This document shows positions 24,255-37,624 of a DNA stretch of 64,000 nt, piece after piece. Source of the stretch: Eledone cirrhosa (lineage: Eukaryota); contig OZ024744.1 of the NCBI GenBank assembly GCA_964016885.1, positions 60,326,001 to 60,390,000 on the forward strand, written 5' to 3'. The stretch's first letter is position 1, and every line of letters begins with the position of its first letter. The notes beneath the pieces were generated by a model. The model did not search any database. It worked only from the letters and a program-made list of their open reading frames with translations, and was not told where the DNA came from. Position numbers and translations under genes: made by a program.

Positions 24255-25540
24255 GAATGACAGAATAATTAAAATACGACTAGTTCTAAATAGAACAACT
24301 GTGTCAATAATATCCGCTTATACACTTTAATCCAGACTACCAGACGTTATAAAAGACAGGTTCTATGAGTCACTAATGCTCACTACCTCCTAGATAATCG
24401 ACAGTGACTACATAATTATTGCTGATGACCTTAATGGTCATGTTGGACAACATTGTAATGGCTACGATGGAATCTATGGGGGTTATGGGTTTGGTACTAG
24501 AAATGAGGAAGGCTTCAGAATCCTGCAATTCTGTGATGCTAATAACCTAACTATCTGTAACACAAACTTTAAAAAAATAGACAATCACTCGATCACTTAT
24601 AGATCAGGGGAGCTCAGCAACCAGATAGATTTTATCCTTACTAGAAAATGAGACATAGTGTCTGTTATGAACACCAAGTCCCTCCCTTGTGATGAATGCA
24701 CCTCCCAACATAACTTAATAGTTAGTGACATCATAGTCAGGACCAGATGTACTCGTTGGCAGAGGAATACTTCGAGGAGAAGATTATGGAAGTTGAAGAA
24801 CCCCACAGCCAGTAACAAATTCAAAGGCATATTACTTGGTGCTTTTGACAGTAAGGAAGAGCAATTAGAGACATACAATATAGAGGAACAGTGGGAATTC
24901 CTGAAAGTTAATCTGTTGAAGGCGACTGATGAAATCTGTGGCTGGAGCAGACCGTTAAGCAGGAGGAGAGTGACATGGTGGTGAAACAGTATGGTGGAGG
25001 TGTCAATCAAGGGCAAAAAGCAGGCTTGGAAAGAATAGCAGAATGGATGTAGTAGAGAACTCTATCAGGTGGCTAGGAGAGAAGCTAGGTGACAAGAATA
25101 CTTTGCAAAAAGGGAAGAAGAATGAAAGGCAGATTGTATGATTGTATGATGCTTGTGTAGCAGTAATATATATCCTTTGTAATTAAAAGTATTTTCCTTC
25201 GGCGGAAGAAAAATATTACAGAAGTAAATTGGCTGAAGTGTGAGCCAATCAAAACCTTCGGTGTAGCGATACAAGTAACTGGACTACTTAGACCAGAGAA
25301 CGGAAGTTAAGTCAGAAGATCAGTCTCCAGATAAACCTGCTATCGTCAAGACGTCGATTCTTCGACACGCCATATCCTGTAGTATCTCACACATGGAAAT
25401 ACAGGCAAAATGACTTTCACAGTGTGAAGCAAGAATAAATGAAGTACATACTTATAATGGAGTTTGTCTATTTAATGCCTTCTGATCTAACCTTACTAAC
25501 AACTATAATGACTTACATTCTTCATTATACTTGTATACGA
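24255..25540 (+). mobile_element. RTE LINE subfamily A, 5' part (resumes at 29236)
   Basis: APE region; breaks at GRLYDACIR, interrupted by a solo LTR. Confidence 0.85.
25156..25529 (+). mobile_element. Solo LTR of the CsRn1-like family, TSD CTTG
   Basis: cttg|TGTAGCAG...CATTATA|cttg; excision restores RTE gatgcttgtatacgaa. Confidence 0.88.
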
Positions 25541-25749
25541 AGAGTGTGTGGATTTCAGAAAGATAGGTGCCATTTCTTCATATCTACAAAATTATGTTCA
25601 AATATTATGTGTAACAGTTTGTACGAAAAGTAGAAGCCGTTACGGCTCTCACCTTTCGTAAAGATGGTTGTATATTTGTGTGTATGTGACTTGTAACTGT
25701 GTTAAAAATTCTATGTATCACAAGATTTCCGTTATATCTCTAAACGTGC

Positions 25750-28700
25750 TGAATACCGTGAAATCATTGCTGTAAAGTGGTGCTGGTGTTAGGAAGGGCA
25801 TCCAACCAGTATAATAAATGCCAAAATTATGAGCACAACAAATAAGAATTGCAACAACTGCATCAACAGCAATAACACTAACCATGTTAGGGCTGCGTGC
25901 AGTATTGGGGTGGCTGGTGCGGCCATGTGCGAGAACACCGACCATCATCAAGCAATCACACAAAAACAACTGTGTAAACAGCAATAACACTAACCATGTT
26001 AGGGCTACGCTCGGTAGTGGGGTGGCTAGTGAGGCCATGTGTGAGAACCCCACAACCCTCATCAGTCAATCACACAGCAGGAAAAAGAACGAGACGTCGC
26101 ATCTCAGAGTTTCCACACTTAATGTTGAGATAGCAGAGATACTGGAGAGAAGGTATGTGGATGTGTGCTGTGTGTAAGAGGTGAGATGGAGAGGTGCCTC
26201 TGCAAGACAATCATCCCTGCCTATGCTCCCCAGACAGGCCTAGGTAAAGAAGAGAAAGACTGATTTTACGAGCAACTTTTACAAACAGCCGCAATGACAG
26301 AGGATAGAGACATCGTTATGCTAGCAGGGGACTTCAATGACATGTTGGACAGCTCCAGGATGGATACACTGGGGTACATGGTGGGCACGGTTACGGCTCA
26401 AGAAATGAATAAGGAGTGAGGCTTCTTGAATTTTGTGATGCAAATGCACTAACCATTTGCAACACTAACTTCCAGAAGCCTACCAACCACCTAATAACCT
26501 ACAGATCAGGCGAGCAAATGAGCCAGATTGACTTCCTGCTAGTTAGACCGCGAGACAGATGGCTGGTGTCAAATACTAAGGCTTACCGTGGGGAAGAATG
26601 TACCCCACAGCATAGGTTAGTCATTAGTGACATCTCAGTAAGCAAGAGAAAGAATGAGACATACAGGAAGGTGTGGAAAAGAAAGGTCTGGAAGCTAAAA
26701 GACCTTTCTGTGGGTATGGTGTGGTGTGCGGTGGCCGGAGGCTGGGGAGTGCTTGACCGGAAGGGTGTTTGACCGGAAGGGTGCTTGACCGGAAGGGCCA
26801 GCAGGTCTGCCTCTCTCTAGGGTGGTCAGTGAACGTGGTGGGTGTCAGTCTTGGAGCTCCCGGTTAACGAGTTGGATTGTATGCACGTGGGAGAGGAGAA
26901 ACCAGCCATTTGATTAGCGGTGTCAACGAAAGTGATAAGTGAAGTAGCTTTTTCTAACCACACTTACATCAAAATATAAATTTAGGAAAGCCCTTCAAGA
27001 TGTGTACAACAAAAAAAAAGACGATTTAGAGTTGTATGACATAGAACTGGAATTTCTTATGTGACAACTTACTGCAGGCTACTGAAGAAACTTGTGGCTG
27101 GAGCAGAGCTCCAACCAGACAGAGAGTGACCTGGTGGTGGAACAGCATGGTAGATAGGGCCATTAAAGACAAAAGACTGGCATGGAAGGCTTGGAAAAAG
27201 GGTGGGAGTAGAGAAGGATACACAGCCACTAAGAGAGAAGCTAGACGGCAGGTGTACTTAGCATGCAGGGAGGCTAAGAGTAGGAGGTTTGCCAATGTTC
27301 TACAACGGGAAGATCAGAGATGTGCGGTGTTCCGCATTGCAAGGCAGTGTGTCAGTGCAAATCAGGATGTTGTTGAAGATAAGTGTCTCCGGAATGATGC
27401 CGGTGTACTTAGTGTCACGAATTAATAAAAAAAGGAGGCCTGGAAATATCATTATGAGAGACTGATGAATCTGGAGAATGAATGGGACAGAGAGAAATTA
27501 CCCCCAGTAGACCCGAAAGAGGGACCAGCTATTGAGATTGATGAATATAGGGTACAAGAGGCAATTAAGGAAATCAAGAATGGTATGGTTGCTGGACCGC
27601 CGGGAATAGTTGCTGAGATGCTGAAGGCATCAGGAGAAGTAGGCACTAAACTGGTTGCACGCATCATCAATCAGGCTATATATGGTGGTGTCATACCCAA
27701 AGACTGGTGCAGCAGTATTCTCATAAATTGCTACAAAGGTAAAGGGGATGCTCTCGAGAGGAGCAATTATAGGGGTATAAAACTGATGGATCAGGTTATG
27801 AAAGTGGCAGAGAGAATTTTAGCGCAACTGATTAGAGAAAGAGTCAAATTAGAAGAGATGTAGTTTGGTTTGGTGCCTCGGAAAAGTACAACAGATGCCC
27901 TCTTCTTAGTGAGGCAACTACAAGAGAGGTTCTTAGAGAAGAATAAGCCACTATACTTAGATTTTGTTGACCTAAAGAAGGCCTTTGATAGGGTAACCCG
28001 ATCTGTCATCTGGTGTTCCCTAAGGAAACTAGGTGTAGAGAAATGGCTTGTGAGGACAGTGCAAGCTATGTACAGGGGTACTGTCAGTAAAGTGAGAATA
28101 GGAATGGAGTTTAGTGAGGAATTCCAGATACAAGTAGGTGTACATCAGGTTACGGTCCTCAATCTGCTCTTATTCATTATAGTCCTCCAAGCCATAACAG
28201 AGGAGTTTAAGACTGGCTGTCCATGGGAACTTCTCTATGCTGATGATCTGGTTCTTATAGCAGAATCAGTAGAGGAGCTAGAGAATAAATTCTGGCTATG
28301 GAAACAGCAGTTGGAATCAAGAGGACTGAGAGTGAACATAGCTAAAACAAAAGTGTTGATAAGTAGAAGAGAGGACAATACTCTGATTCCATCAGGGAAA
28401 TGGGCACGTTCGATATGTAGAGAAGAAGCTGGCATAAATTCCATAAAATGTACGCAATGCAGATCTTGGGTACACAAGAGATGTAGTGGGATAGCAGGCA
28501 AACTAACAAGTAGGGAGAAATACATATGTAGTAGATGTACAGGGAAAGTTGGCAGTAGTAATCGCAGTGATAGACATTTTTCCAATACAGGTGGGTTCTA
28601 TAGAAGTGGTTGATAGCTTCCGGTACCTAGGTGATCAGATTAGCATGGGAGGGGCATGTTCCGAAGCCATAGTATCTAGAATAAGGACGGGTTGGAAAAG

Positions 28701-29235
28701 GTTTAGGGAGCTGCTTCCTCTGTTGATAAAGAAGGGTTTCTCCCTGCGTACGAAATATGGTTATATGATGCCTGTGTGAGATGTGCGATGCTGCATGGTA
28801 GTGAGATATGGGTAGCAACTGCAGAAGATATGCGACAGCTGGAGAGAAATGAAGCAAGTATGCTCCGTTGGATGTGCAATGCCAATGTGCGTGAACGACC
28901 AAGCATAGACGAGTTGAGAAAGAAACTGGGTATAAGAGGGATAAGTTGTGGTGTGCAGAAGAGAAGGCTGAGATGGTATGGATATGTGATGCACATGGAG
29001 GATGACCGCTGGGTAAAGAAGTGCCAAGAAATCCTAGGAGACGGAAGATGCAGTAGAGGAAGACCACGTAAAACATGGGCGGAGGTGGTGAGAGCTGACC
29101 TCAGATCGCTGAAACTCACCGAGGAGATGACAAAGGACCATGACAAGTGGAGAGATTCTGTGCTGAATAGGACCCGTCCAACCCTTGCAAGCAGGGAAAA
29201 GCGGACGTAAAATGATGATGATGATAATGATGATG
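25750..29235 (+). mobile_element. RTE LINE subfamily B, near full length, degenerate
   Basis: 5' UTR with ~120-bp duplication, APE, RT (LYADD), ORF ends RTRPTLASREKRT next to (GAT)n. Confidence 0.92.
26709..26962 (+). mobile_element. Solo LTR related to the 6476 Gypsy element, TSD CTTTC/CTTAC
   Basis: TGTGGGTATGG...TTCTAACCACA termini shared with 6476-6759; interrupts RTE gacctttca. Confidence 0.9.
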
Positions 29236-29975
29236 TAGTGAGACCTAGGCATTGTGTGCAGAAGACCTGCATAGATTAGAAAGAAATGAAGCTTGCATGC
29301 TCTGATGGATGTGTAATAGTAATGTGCGAGAATGGCAAAGCATAAACGAATTGAGAGAGAGACTAAGCATAAGAGGCATCAAATGTTGTGTGCAGGAGAG
29401 GGGATTATGTTGGTATGGCCATGTGATGTGTATGAAGGACAACAGCCGTATAAAAAAGTGCAGAGCAATCAAAATTGATGGAAGCTATGGAGTGGGGAGA
29501 CCAAGTAAAACCTGGGTCGAGGTGATAAAAACTGACCTTGCTCACTTACACCTCTCCAAGACAATGTCACTGGATCAAGATCTTTGGCACTATGCAGAAG
29601 ACCCACCTTCCATTGCACACAAACCTAAACCTACAGTCAGTAGGCACCTTTAACCCAATATACACCCCACCCACAGCCCCTACTCCATCCTCCCACTTCA
29701 GTCCAGTGTAAAGTGGTCATGTAGGTGACATGACAAAAAGCACCCAGTTCAACTGTAAAGTGGTCATGTAGGAGACACAGTAAAAAGGCTCCCAGTCCGC
29801 ACTGTAAATGTGGTTGGTGTTAGGAAGGATATCCAGCCATAGAAAACCTACCAGAAACAGTTCTGTACGAGCGAGACACGGTATCCCGACCAATCTCACC
29901 TTAAGTGGGACAAAACCGTCCAACCCATGCTAGCATGGAAGATGGACATTAAACTATGATGATGATGATGATGAC
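29236..29975 (+). mobile_element. RTE subfamily A 3' part and 3' UTR (continuation of 24255-25540)
   Basis: Resumes at GSETW-coding tagtgagacc; 3' UTR close to 2450-2866. Confidence 0.85.
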
Positions 29976-31130
29976 TGACTCGACGCTTTGACCAATTAGG
30001 GAGGCTGCAGAAATGGAATTAAAAAACTTAGACTGAACAGAAAACATGAGTGGAATAGCAACAACTAGCGATCAAAGATAGAATATAAATATATACAGAT
30101 GCAATAACAATACCTACACACAAACCCAGACTAGTGATCAAAGATAAAATATAAACACATAAATACATCCAGACTCAAACATGAACACACAAACACACAC
30201 TAAATACAATACATACACACAAATGCATGTGCACACAAAAAAAACGTTATAGAAAGACAGCGATAATCACTGAAGATGTCACAGAAATGTGTGACAAAAG
30301 AACTTTGGTAAATTATATTTATATTTTTAACTGTCGTTTAATTAATGATAAACATTGATTACCAGCTAAATTATTTATATTTATATAAATATATTGAAGC
30401 AAAAGCCAAACCAAACAGTGAGTGTGTTTTACTATTTTTGGCAATATTAGGACATCATGACCCTCCCCAAATATAATAATATATTTTCTCTCTTTCCTCC
30501 AAAGCGTGGAACTAATAAGTCTAATTGTTTTTGTATCTTGGGACTGCAACCATATACCATTCTGACCAGCCAAAGATCACCAGCAGATTAACCAATCCTT
30601 GGATTACGGGATTTTTTTTTTAACTGTTCACCACACTAGACTTCTGCAACCCCCTCTCCTATTTTATCTTCCACTTGTTCCTCATCATAAGTTTAGCGTC
30701 TCAAATTTAATGTCATTTATTGAAAATGTTTAAACTGATATGGTCTTTTAAATAGGTAACCAAAAAAATATCCTCTATGGAGATTAATCTTTTTTCTACC
30801 ACTTCCCCTGGTCTAATTTAACACTTATTCATTTCTGAAGATCTGACAATAAGAAGAATTTTATTTTAATATGAAGATGAACACCAATGAGAACAGCACC
30901 TTATTTTTTCTACCCCACACCCACATGCACATCAACACACCTGTACTATCCCAGCCACACAAGAAAATACACACACATTTAGATACATTACACATACAAC
31001 AAAGTCTTTAATACACTTACTAATAACACACATGTAGAAACACATACATACTGACACACACAAATCTGCACATAGCTTTCTCACTTAGCTTTGTATAATG
31101 CTGCATTACTATGATTATATGTTTACTCCA

Positions 31131-31299
31131 TCGTATTTCCTAGCGTCGAAGATGCTATTTTTTCCATAAAATAAGTCTCAAAAATCTACCATGCGTCCTG
31201 GAGGCCAAAGGTTGTTTATTATCTTTTTTTCAAATTTTTGGTTGTCAAAATTAGGGTGCATCCTTGAGGATGAAGCGTCTTCGGCGCCGGGAAATACAG
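31131..31299. mobile_element. Tc1/mariner (pogo/Tc2-like) MITE
   Basis: Imperfect TIRs tcgtatttcctagcgtcgaagatgc / gcgtcttcggcgccgggaaatacag, followed by TA. Confidence 0.65.
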
Positions 31300-32759
31300 T
31301 AACTTGAGCTATTTGAGGTTTTGTTTTTAATACACACAAAGAGAATCCATGCATATATATGATGTTAATACACCCAGACATACATATACACCATCACAAA
31401 CAATATATGCACCACTCCAATAATACATATGCACAATTAAATACAATACACAATCAAATAGAATTAAATACAATAGAATTAAATACAATACACAATCACT
31501 TTCCCCTCTTTTTGATCTATCTGTGAACCTCATTTTTGTCTTTCTTCTAATCCTATTCACTGAACCTCTTCTGTTTGTTTCCTCTACTCCTGATGAAGGA
31601 CTAGCATCTGATACGTTGAACTTACCGTTTTCCTTTCAAACATGTATTGTATCTTTGTTTGTCCTTTTTTTTAACTATATGTATATATATATTAAAAGGC
31701 ATGGAAGTTCTTGATACAAGGTGCTATAATAACTAAGGCAAATATCATCAAAAAAGCTTTGGCCCAGGCAAACATAACCTTAATTTTGGAACCATCTGTG
31801 TTCTGCAAAATAATATTTTCCAATCCTACAACAGTCACTAAATTTAAATAAAATTATTAAAAGGTCATATATAATTAACACAACCACAAAATCTTGAAAG
31901 ACTTAAAGATCAGATTTGCATCAAATGTGGAAATTATGCAGGTGACTATGTATGCTGTTATTAAACAAGAGGTGAACTGATAAAATGTTTAAATTAAAAA
32001 CTATTACTTATATCAATGTATGTACTTGAAGAAGTTAGCTCATTTGACCCTCAAAGCTAATAAAACATAACATGAGAAAGATAAGAAAGGAAATATTTTA
32101 TCTTTAGCTTGTTCTACTCATATGAATTTTAAATTTAAAGAATTTAAATTTACATTACATGTTCACAATGAAATGAGAACTATTTTAACCAAACAGAAAC
32201 TAAATTATTGTCAGAGACCCAACTGTAAGGAATACATCATGTATTGAACATCTTGATATATGTCTAAATGAGAGATTCAAAATATTCCCCATTTCTTAAA
32301 TGAAGGCTGATAAAGATCTATGAAAGTCAAAAGTGCACTTCAGAAAGAATTTTAATCCAAAACTGAAAATAAACGAATACTAGCAATTGCCAAATACAGT
32401 CACAAGAACTTGAACCTATAACCTTCCTTGGTGACTGTTATAAAATATTTTGTATTATGAAACTATAAATCATGCAGCCATGTGTTACTAAAAGAAATAT
32501 TTTCTGTATGAATACATGTTCCAATTAGTAAATCTTTTACTATGTGTCTGTAAAATTAATACATTAAAATCATTTACCATTTAAACATTATTCAGCAGAA
32601 CTTTGTGAATCTAACTTTTAAAAAATATAAAGAACTTTTTCTTAATATTCTGAACATTCCACCAAGAACTTAAGTGTGTTTGGATTAGCTCTGTATTGGA
32701 GCTCACCTCACTCATGACTGCGTCTGGACAACAATTCATTTTTACTCTGCAAATTTCCA

Positions 32760-32868
32760 ACCTGAAAGGATGAAAAGCAAAGTCGACTTCAGTGAGATTT
32801 GAATTCAAAAAGTAAAGAAACTAAATACCACAAGGCATTGTTTTAGACATTCTATCATTTCTGCCAAT
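32760..32868 (-). mobile_element. tRNA-derived SINE head resembling abundant octopus SINEs
   Basis: Minus strand tggcagaaatgatagaatg (A-box-like), gaattcaaatc (B-box-like), gtcgactttgcttttcatcctttc; family recognised from memory. Confidence 0.6.
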
Positions 32869-33479
32869 GACAAAACTGTGAAGGAAACAGAGGCTATCCT
32901 TAAAATGAAACAGATGATAGGTGCAAAACATATGAACAGAGCTGGTATGAACTTAATATAATATTAAAAATTAATATCTTGCCAAAATAACAGAAGCAGG
33001 CAAGAAACTAACAAAAGAAATTTGCCATAATGAGAAGAAGCTGTATGCAACCAAGTTATTAAAGTTATAAAGTCAATGTGCTTCAACAGTATAAGAAACT
33101 GTCTTGGAACAAATTATGAAAGCTGGAACAATTCCCCCCGAGAGCAGTGTATGATGTGTTCCCATCCCCAGCCAATATTAGATGATGGGAGTGGAGCAAC
33201 ATTGCAGAGTTTATGCATCATTGTTACATGTAACAGCAGTATGTTTGCAGAGTGTTCAAAGTGTGCTTGGTAGCATAACCAAGTCCTGATGTCCTCAGTA
33301 AGGTATTACAACAAAACAATTTGAATATCAGAAAAACCAATGCAAGAAAGATGGTGAAAGAGGGTGCAAAAAAGGAAAGTTAGTACACAGACTCTTACAA
33401 AATGGTAATGGTATTGACCTGAAAAAAAACACTAGTATTCATAAATCATATATTGCAATAAAAACAACACTCACACTGT

Positions 33480-33800
33480 CTCACCTGCCTGCACTTGTCT
33501 CTCAACTAAACTGGTGCTTCATTCCATTTGGCGGCTTCCTCATCAACCACTATGCTTCTTGATGAGGAGTGTAGCCACATTGGGGTAGCACAGAGCCTCG
33601 GCTTTCACGTGCACAAGTCACACTGTTGCCATTGTGGAGGAGTGGTTAATGAGTTCAGTTTGCACCTGCTATCTTGCTGCCTTATGGCAGGCCAGCTCCC
33701 ACGTCATGCTGCTCTGAATGACATCATCCAGAGCCTCCCTTCCCAATTGGAGCCAGCTGGCCTCGACTGTAGCGATGGCAGGTGTCCCAATTCAGCCATT
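33480..33800 (+). mobile_element. CRE-like non-LTR fragment (RLE zinc knuckle), resumes at 36901
   Basis: CHCGG...HLLSC...RHAALNDII..LEPAGL. Confidence 0.75.
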
Positions 33801-33809
33801 AAAACCATG

Positions 33810-36800
33810 CCTAAGTTATGGAGTGGAGAGAGCCGCTGAGTTCAGAAAGACAACCTCTCTGGTGCTGGTGGCACGAATAAAAGCACCCAATCCATGCTGT
33901 AAAGCGGTGCTGGTGATAGGAAGGGCATCCAACCAGTATATTATTAATGCCAAACTATGAGCACAACATACAAATATAAAGACAACTGCATAAACAGTAA
34001 TAACACTAATCATGTTATGGCTGTAGTGGGGTGGCTAGTGCAACCAAGTGCATCACCCGAGGTAACACTGTGAGCGTGCTGGCTTGCCTCAAAAATTGTT
34101 ATAAGTGCTCTTCACGATACTGTTATCTTTTACTCTGGTAGTGGTTCATTTGCCCACCTCTTTTATGGGTAGGTAATGATGATGGGTTAGGTGGGGTAGG
34201 CATTCTACTGGCTGAGATATGGATCTATAAGATAATAGAGGTAGTTAGGGTAGGTAATAGAATCAAGATTAGATTAGTTGTAGGCAATAGACTGCTAACA
34301 ATTATCTCTACCTATGCCCCCCAAGTGGGCCAAGGTAAGGAAGAGAAGGACTGCTTTGACAAGCAACTTCTAGAGACAACCATAGTGACAGAGTACAGAG
34401 ACCTAGTCATACTAGCAGGTGACTTCAATGGTCATGCTGGGCAGTTCCAGGGTGGATACACTGGGGTACAGGGTGGATATGGTTATGCCTCAAGAAACGA
34501 AGGAGGGAGGCTTCTTGAATTTTGTGATGCTAATCACCTAATCACCTACCAATCAGGCAAGCACATAACCCAGATTGATTTCTTGCTCGATAAGCAATGA
34601 AACAGACAGATGGTTACAAATACTAAGACATACCCTGGGGAAGAATGCACCCTCCGACATATGTTAGTTGTTAGTAACATCTCAATAAACAAGAGACAAA
34701 ACGAAACACACAGGAAGGCATGGAAAAGGAAGATCTGGAGGCTAAAAGACCTTTCACTTAAATATAGGTTTCTGAAAGCCCTATAGGATGTGTATGGTGA
34801 GAGAGAAGACAAATTAGAATTATATGATATAGACAACAACTGGAAATTCTTACGCGGCAACCTACAGCATACAACTGAAGAGACTTGTGGCTGGAGCAAA
34901 GCTCCAACCACACAGAGAGTGACTTGGTGGTGGAACAGTACAGTGGATAGAACTATTAAAGACAAAAGACAAACATGGAAGGATTTGAAAAATGAGGAGA
35001 GTAGAGACTGGTACTCAGTCGCTAAAAGAGAGGCCAGATGTCAGGTATACTTAGCATGCAGGGAAGCTGAGAGTAGGAGGTTTGCCAATGTTTTGTGACA
35101 TGAGAATCAGAGGGATAAGGTGTTCCGCATTGCAAGGCTGTATGACCGTGTAAATCAGAATGTTGTTGGAGGTAAGTATGTCCAAAATGATGCCAGCACA
35201 CTTAACATTACTGATGCTCAGAAAAAACAGGCCTGGAAATGTCATTATGAGAGATTGATGAATGTTAAGAATAAATGGGAGAGAGAGAGAAACTACCACC
35301 AGAAGATCCAACAGAGGGACCAGCTATTGAGGTTGATGTCTATAGGATCAAAGAAGCAATTAAAGAAATGAAAAGTGGTAAGTCTGCTGGACTGTCACGG
35401 ATAGTCGCTGAGATGTTAAAAACATCAGAAGTAGGAACTAAACTGGTTGCATGCATAGCCAATCAAGTAACATATGGCAGAGTCATCCCAAAAATTGGTA
35501 CAGCAGTATACTTGTTAAATGTTACAAAGGTAAAGGGGATGCTCTGGAGAGTAGCAATTATAAGGGCATAAAACTGATGGATCAGGTTATGAAAGTGACC
35601 GAAAGAGTGCTAGCACAACTAATTAAAGAAAGAGTAAAATTAGATGAGATGCAGTTTGGTTTTGTACCCAGGAAAAGTACAACAGATGCTCTCTTAGTGA
35701 AACAACTACAAGAGAGGTTCTTAGAGAAGAATAAGCCACTATATTTAGCTTTTGTTAACCTAGGGAAGGCCTTTGACAGAGTACCTCAATCTGTCAACAG
35801 GTGGTCCCTAAGAAAACTGGCTTGTGAGGACAGTGAAAGCTATGTACAGAGGTGGTGTCAAAGTGAGAGTAGGAATGGAGTTTAGTGAGGAATTCCAAAT
35901 ACAAGAAGTTCATCAGACTTCAGTCCTTCTATCCATTATAGGGACTTCAGCCCACTTCTATCCATTATAGGGACTGAGAGTAAATCTAGCAAAGACTAAA
36001 GTATTGATAAGTGGGAAAGAAGACAAGACTGATTTCATCAGGGAAATGGCTATGCTCGATATGTAGAAAAGGAGTTAGCATAAATTCTATAGAATAAACA
36101 CAAGAGATGTAATGGGATAGCAGGCAAACTAACAGGAAAGGAAAACTTCATATGTAGTAGATGTTCAGGGAAAATTGATAGTAGAAATGTCAGTAATAGG
36201 CACATTTTTCAAATGCAAGTAGGATCTATAGATGTGGTTGATAGCTTCCAATATCTAGTTGATCAAATTAGCTAGGGGGGAGGATACTCCAAGGCTATAG
36301 TGTCTAGAATAAGGACAAGATGGAAGAAGTTTAGGGAGCTGTTTCCTCTGTTGACAATGAATGGTTCCTCCCTACAAACAAAAGGTTGGCTGTATGATGC
36401 CTGTGTGTGATGTGTGATGCTGCATGGTTGTGAGATGTGGGTAGCAACTGCGGAGGATATGCGACGGCTGGAGAGAAATAAAGCAAGTATGCTCTATTAG
36501 ATGTGCAATGTCAATGTGTGTGAAGGACCAAGCATGGACGAGTTGAGAGAGAAACTGTAATGTGCAGGAGAGAAGGCTACGTTGGTATGGCCATATGATG
36601 TGCATGGATGATGACCGATGGGTGAAAAAGTGCCAAGAAATCCCAGTGGAAGGAAGACACAGTAGAAGAAGACCACAGAAAACATGGGCGGAGGTGGTGA
36701 GAGCTGAGCTCAGATTGCTGAAGCTCACAGAGGAGTTGATGAAGGACTGTGTCAAATGGAGAAGGCTGTGCTGAAGAGGTCCCATCCCACCCTTTCAAGT

Positions 36801-36900
36801 AGGCAAAATCAGACATATGATGATGATGATCATGATGATGATGATCATGATGATCATTATGATCATTATGATCATGATGACAACGACGACAACGACGACT
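33810..36900 (+). mobile_element. RTE LINE subfamily B, degenerate, with small CRE 3' piece at ~34050-34160
   Basis: 5' UTR module, AGDFNGH, NYKGIKL, RRLRWYGH, (GAT/GAC)n tail. Confidence 0.9.
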
Positions 36901-37230
36901 AGGGCCTGACCGATCACATCCTCTTTGTAACAGTCTCGGTTGAGACCTCTGGTGTATTTGGTCCCCATACTCCTGATTTTCTCTATGAAGTCAGAAAAAC
37001 AGTGGTCTGCATAACAGGGGTGCCCTGTTAGTTGGGGTGGTTGTTGCAGTGGGTGTCCTTATCCATTCTCTGTGGTAATGCTTTCACTGGGGTGTAGTGA
37101 CTGTCTCTCCCCCACTTTCTTTCTTTCGTTGCTTGATCTTTCTTTCTTTTTCTCTTTTTCATTTTACTGCCAGCCCTTTGGACTGCCATTTGGACCATAA
37201 TTTTTGAAGCAATATTTTTTTTTTTTAATG
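36901..37230 (+). mobile_element. CRE-like 3' end
   Basis: VETSGVFGP ... VSLSILCGNAF. Confidence 0.7.
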
Positions 37231-37624
37231 TTTCCCCACACCTTAGGGTTGGGTCTGACTTGACAAAAAAGTCTGTAAAGCTGATAGTAAATTAGGATGG
37301 TAATATGGGGTGGGCTCATGAAAGAAAGATCCTATAATATGAATAACTACAAGAGTTGTGTGTGGATCAAGGAGGGCTGTGTGTGTGCTGCTTCTAGTTG
37401 AGGTGAGATTGCGTAAATATGTAGCTAGATATACCATGTGCTACCAGTCCTATTGAACTTAGAAAACAGAGTATAGTAATTCTAGAACTCATTAGGGAAG
37501 CAGAGAGTGCATCCTTATTAACCATCTCACAGGACAGGTAATGATGTACGAAGCAGCAATTTTATTAAAATTTTATTATTTATATATACATATATATATA
37601 TATATAAATCATCATCATTTAATG

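Larger units (their letters stand above)
21774..30478. mobile_element. Ginger-like TIR pair enclosing 8.7 kb of nested elements
   Basis: ATAT|tgttatatttggggagggtcat... and ...atgaccctccccaaatataata|ATAT; same family as 4668-4917. Confidence 0.55.

Noticed and set aside
19977-25529. Treating the two TGTAGCAG LTRs as the ends of one element
   Set aside because: The second has its own TSD (CTTG) inside an RTE and is clearly diverged, so it is an independent solo LTR
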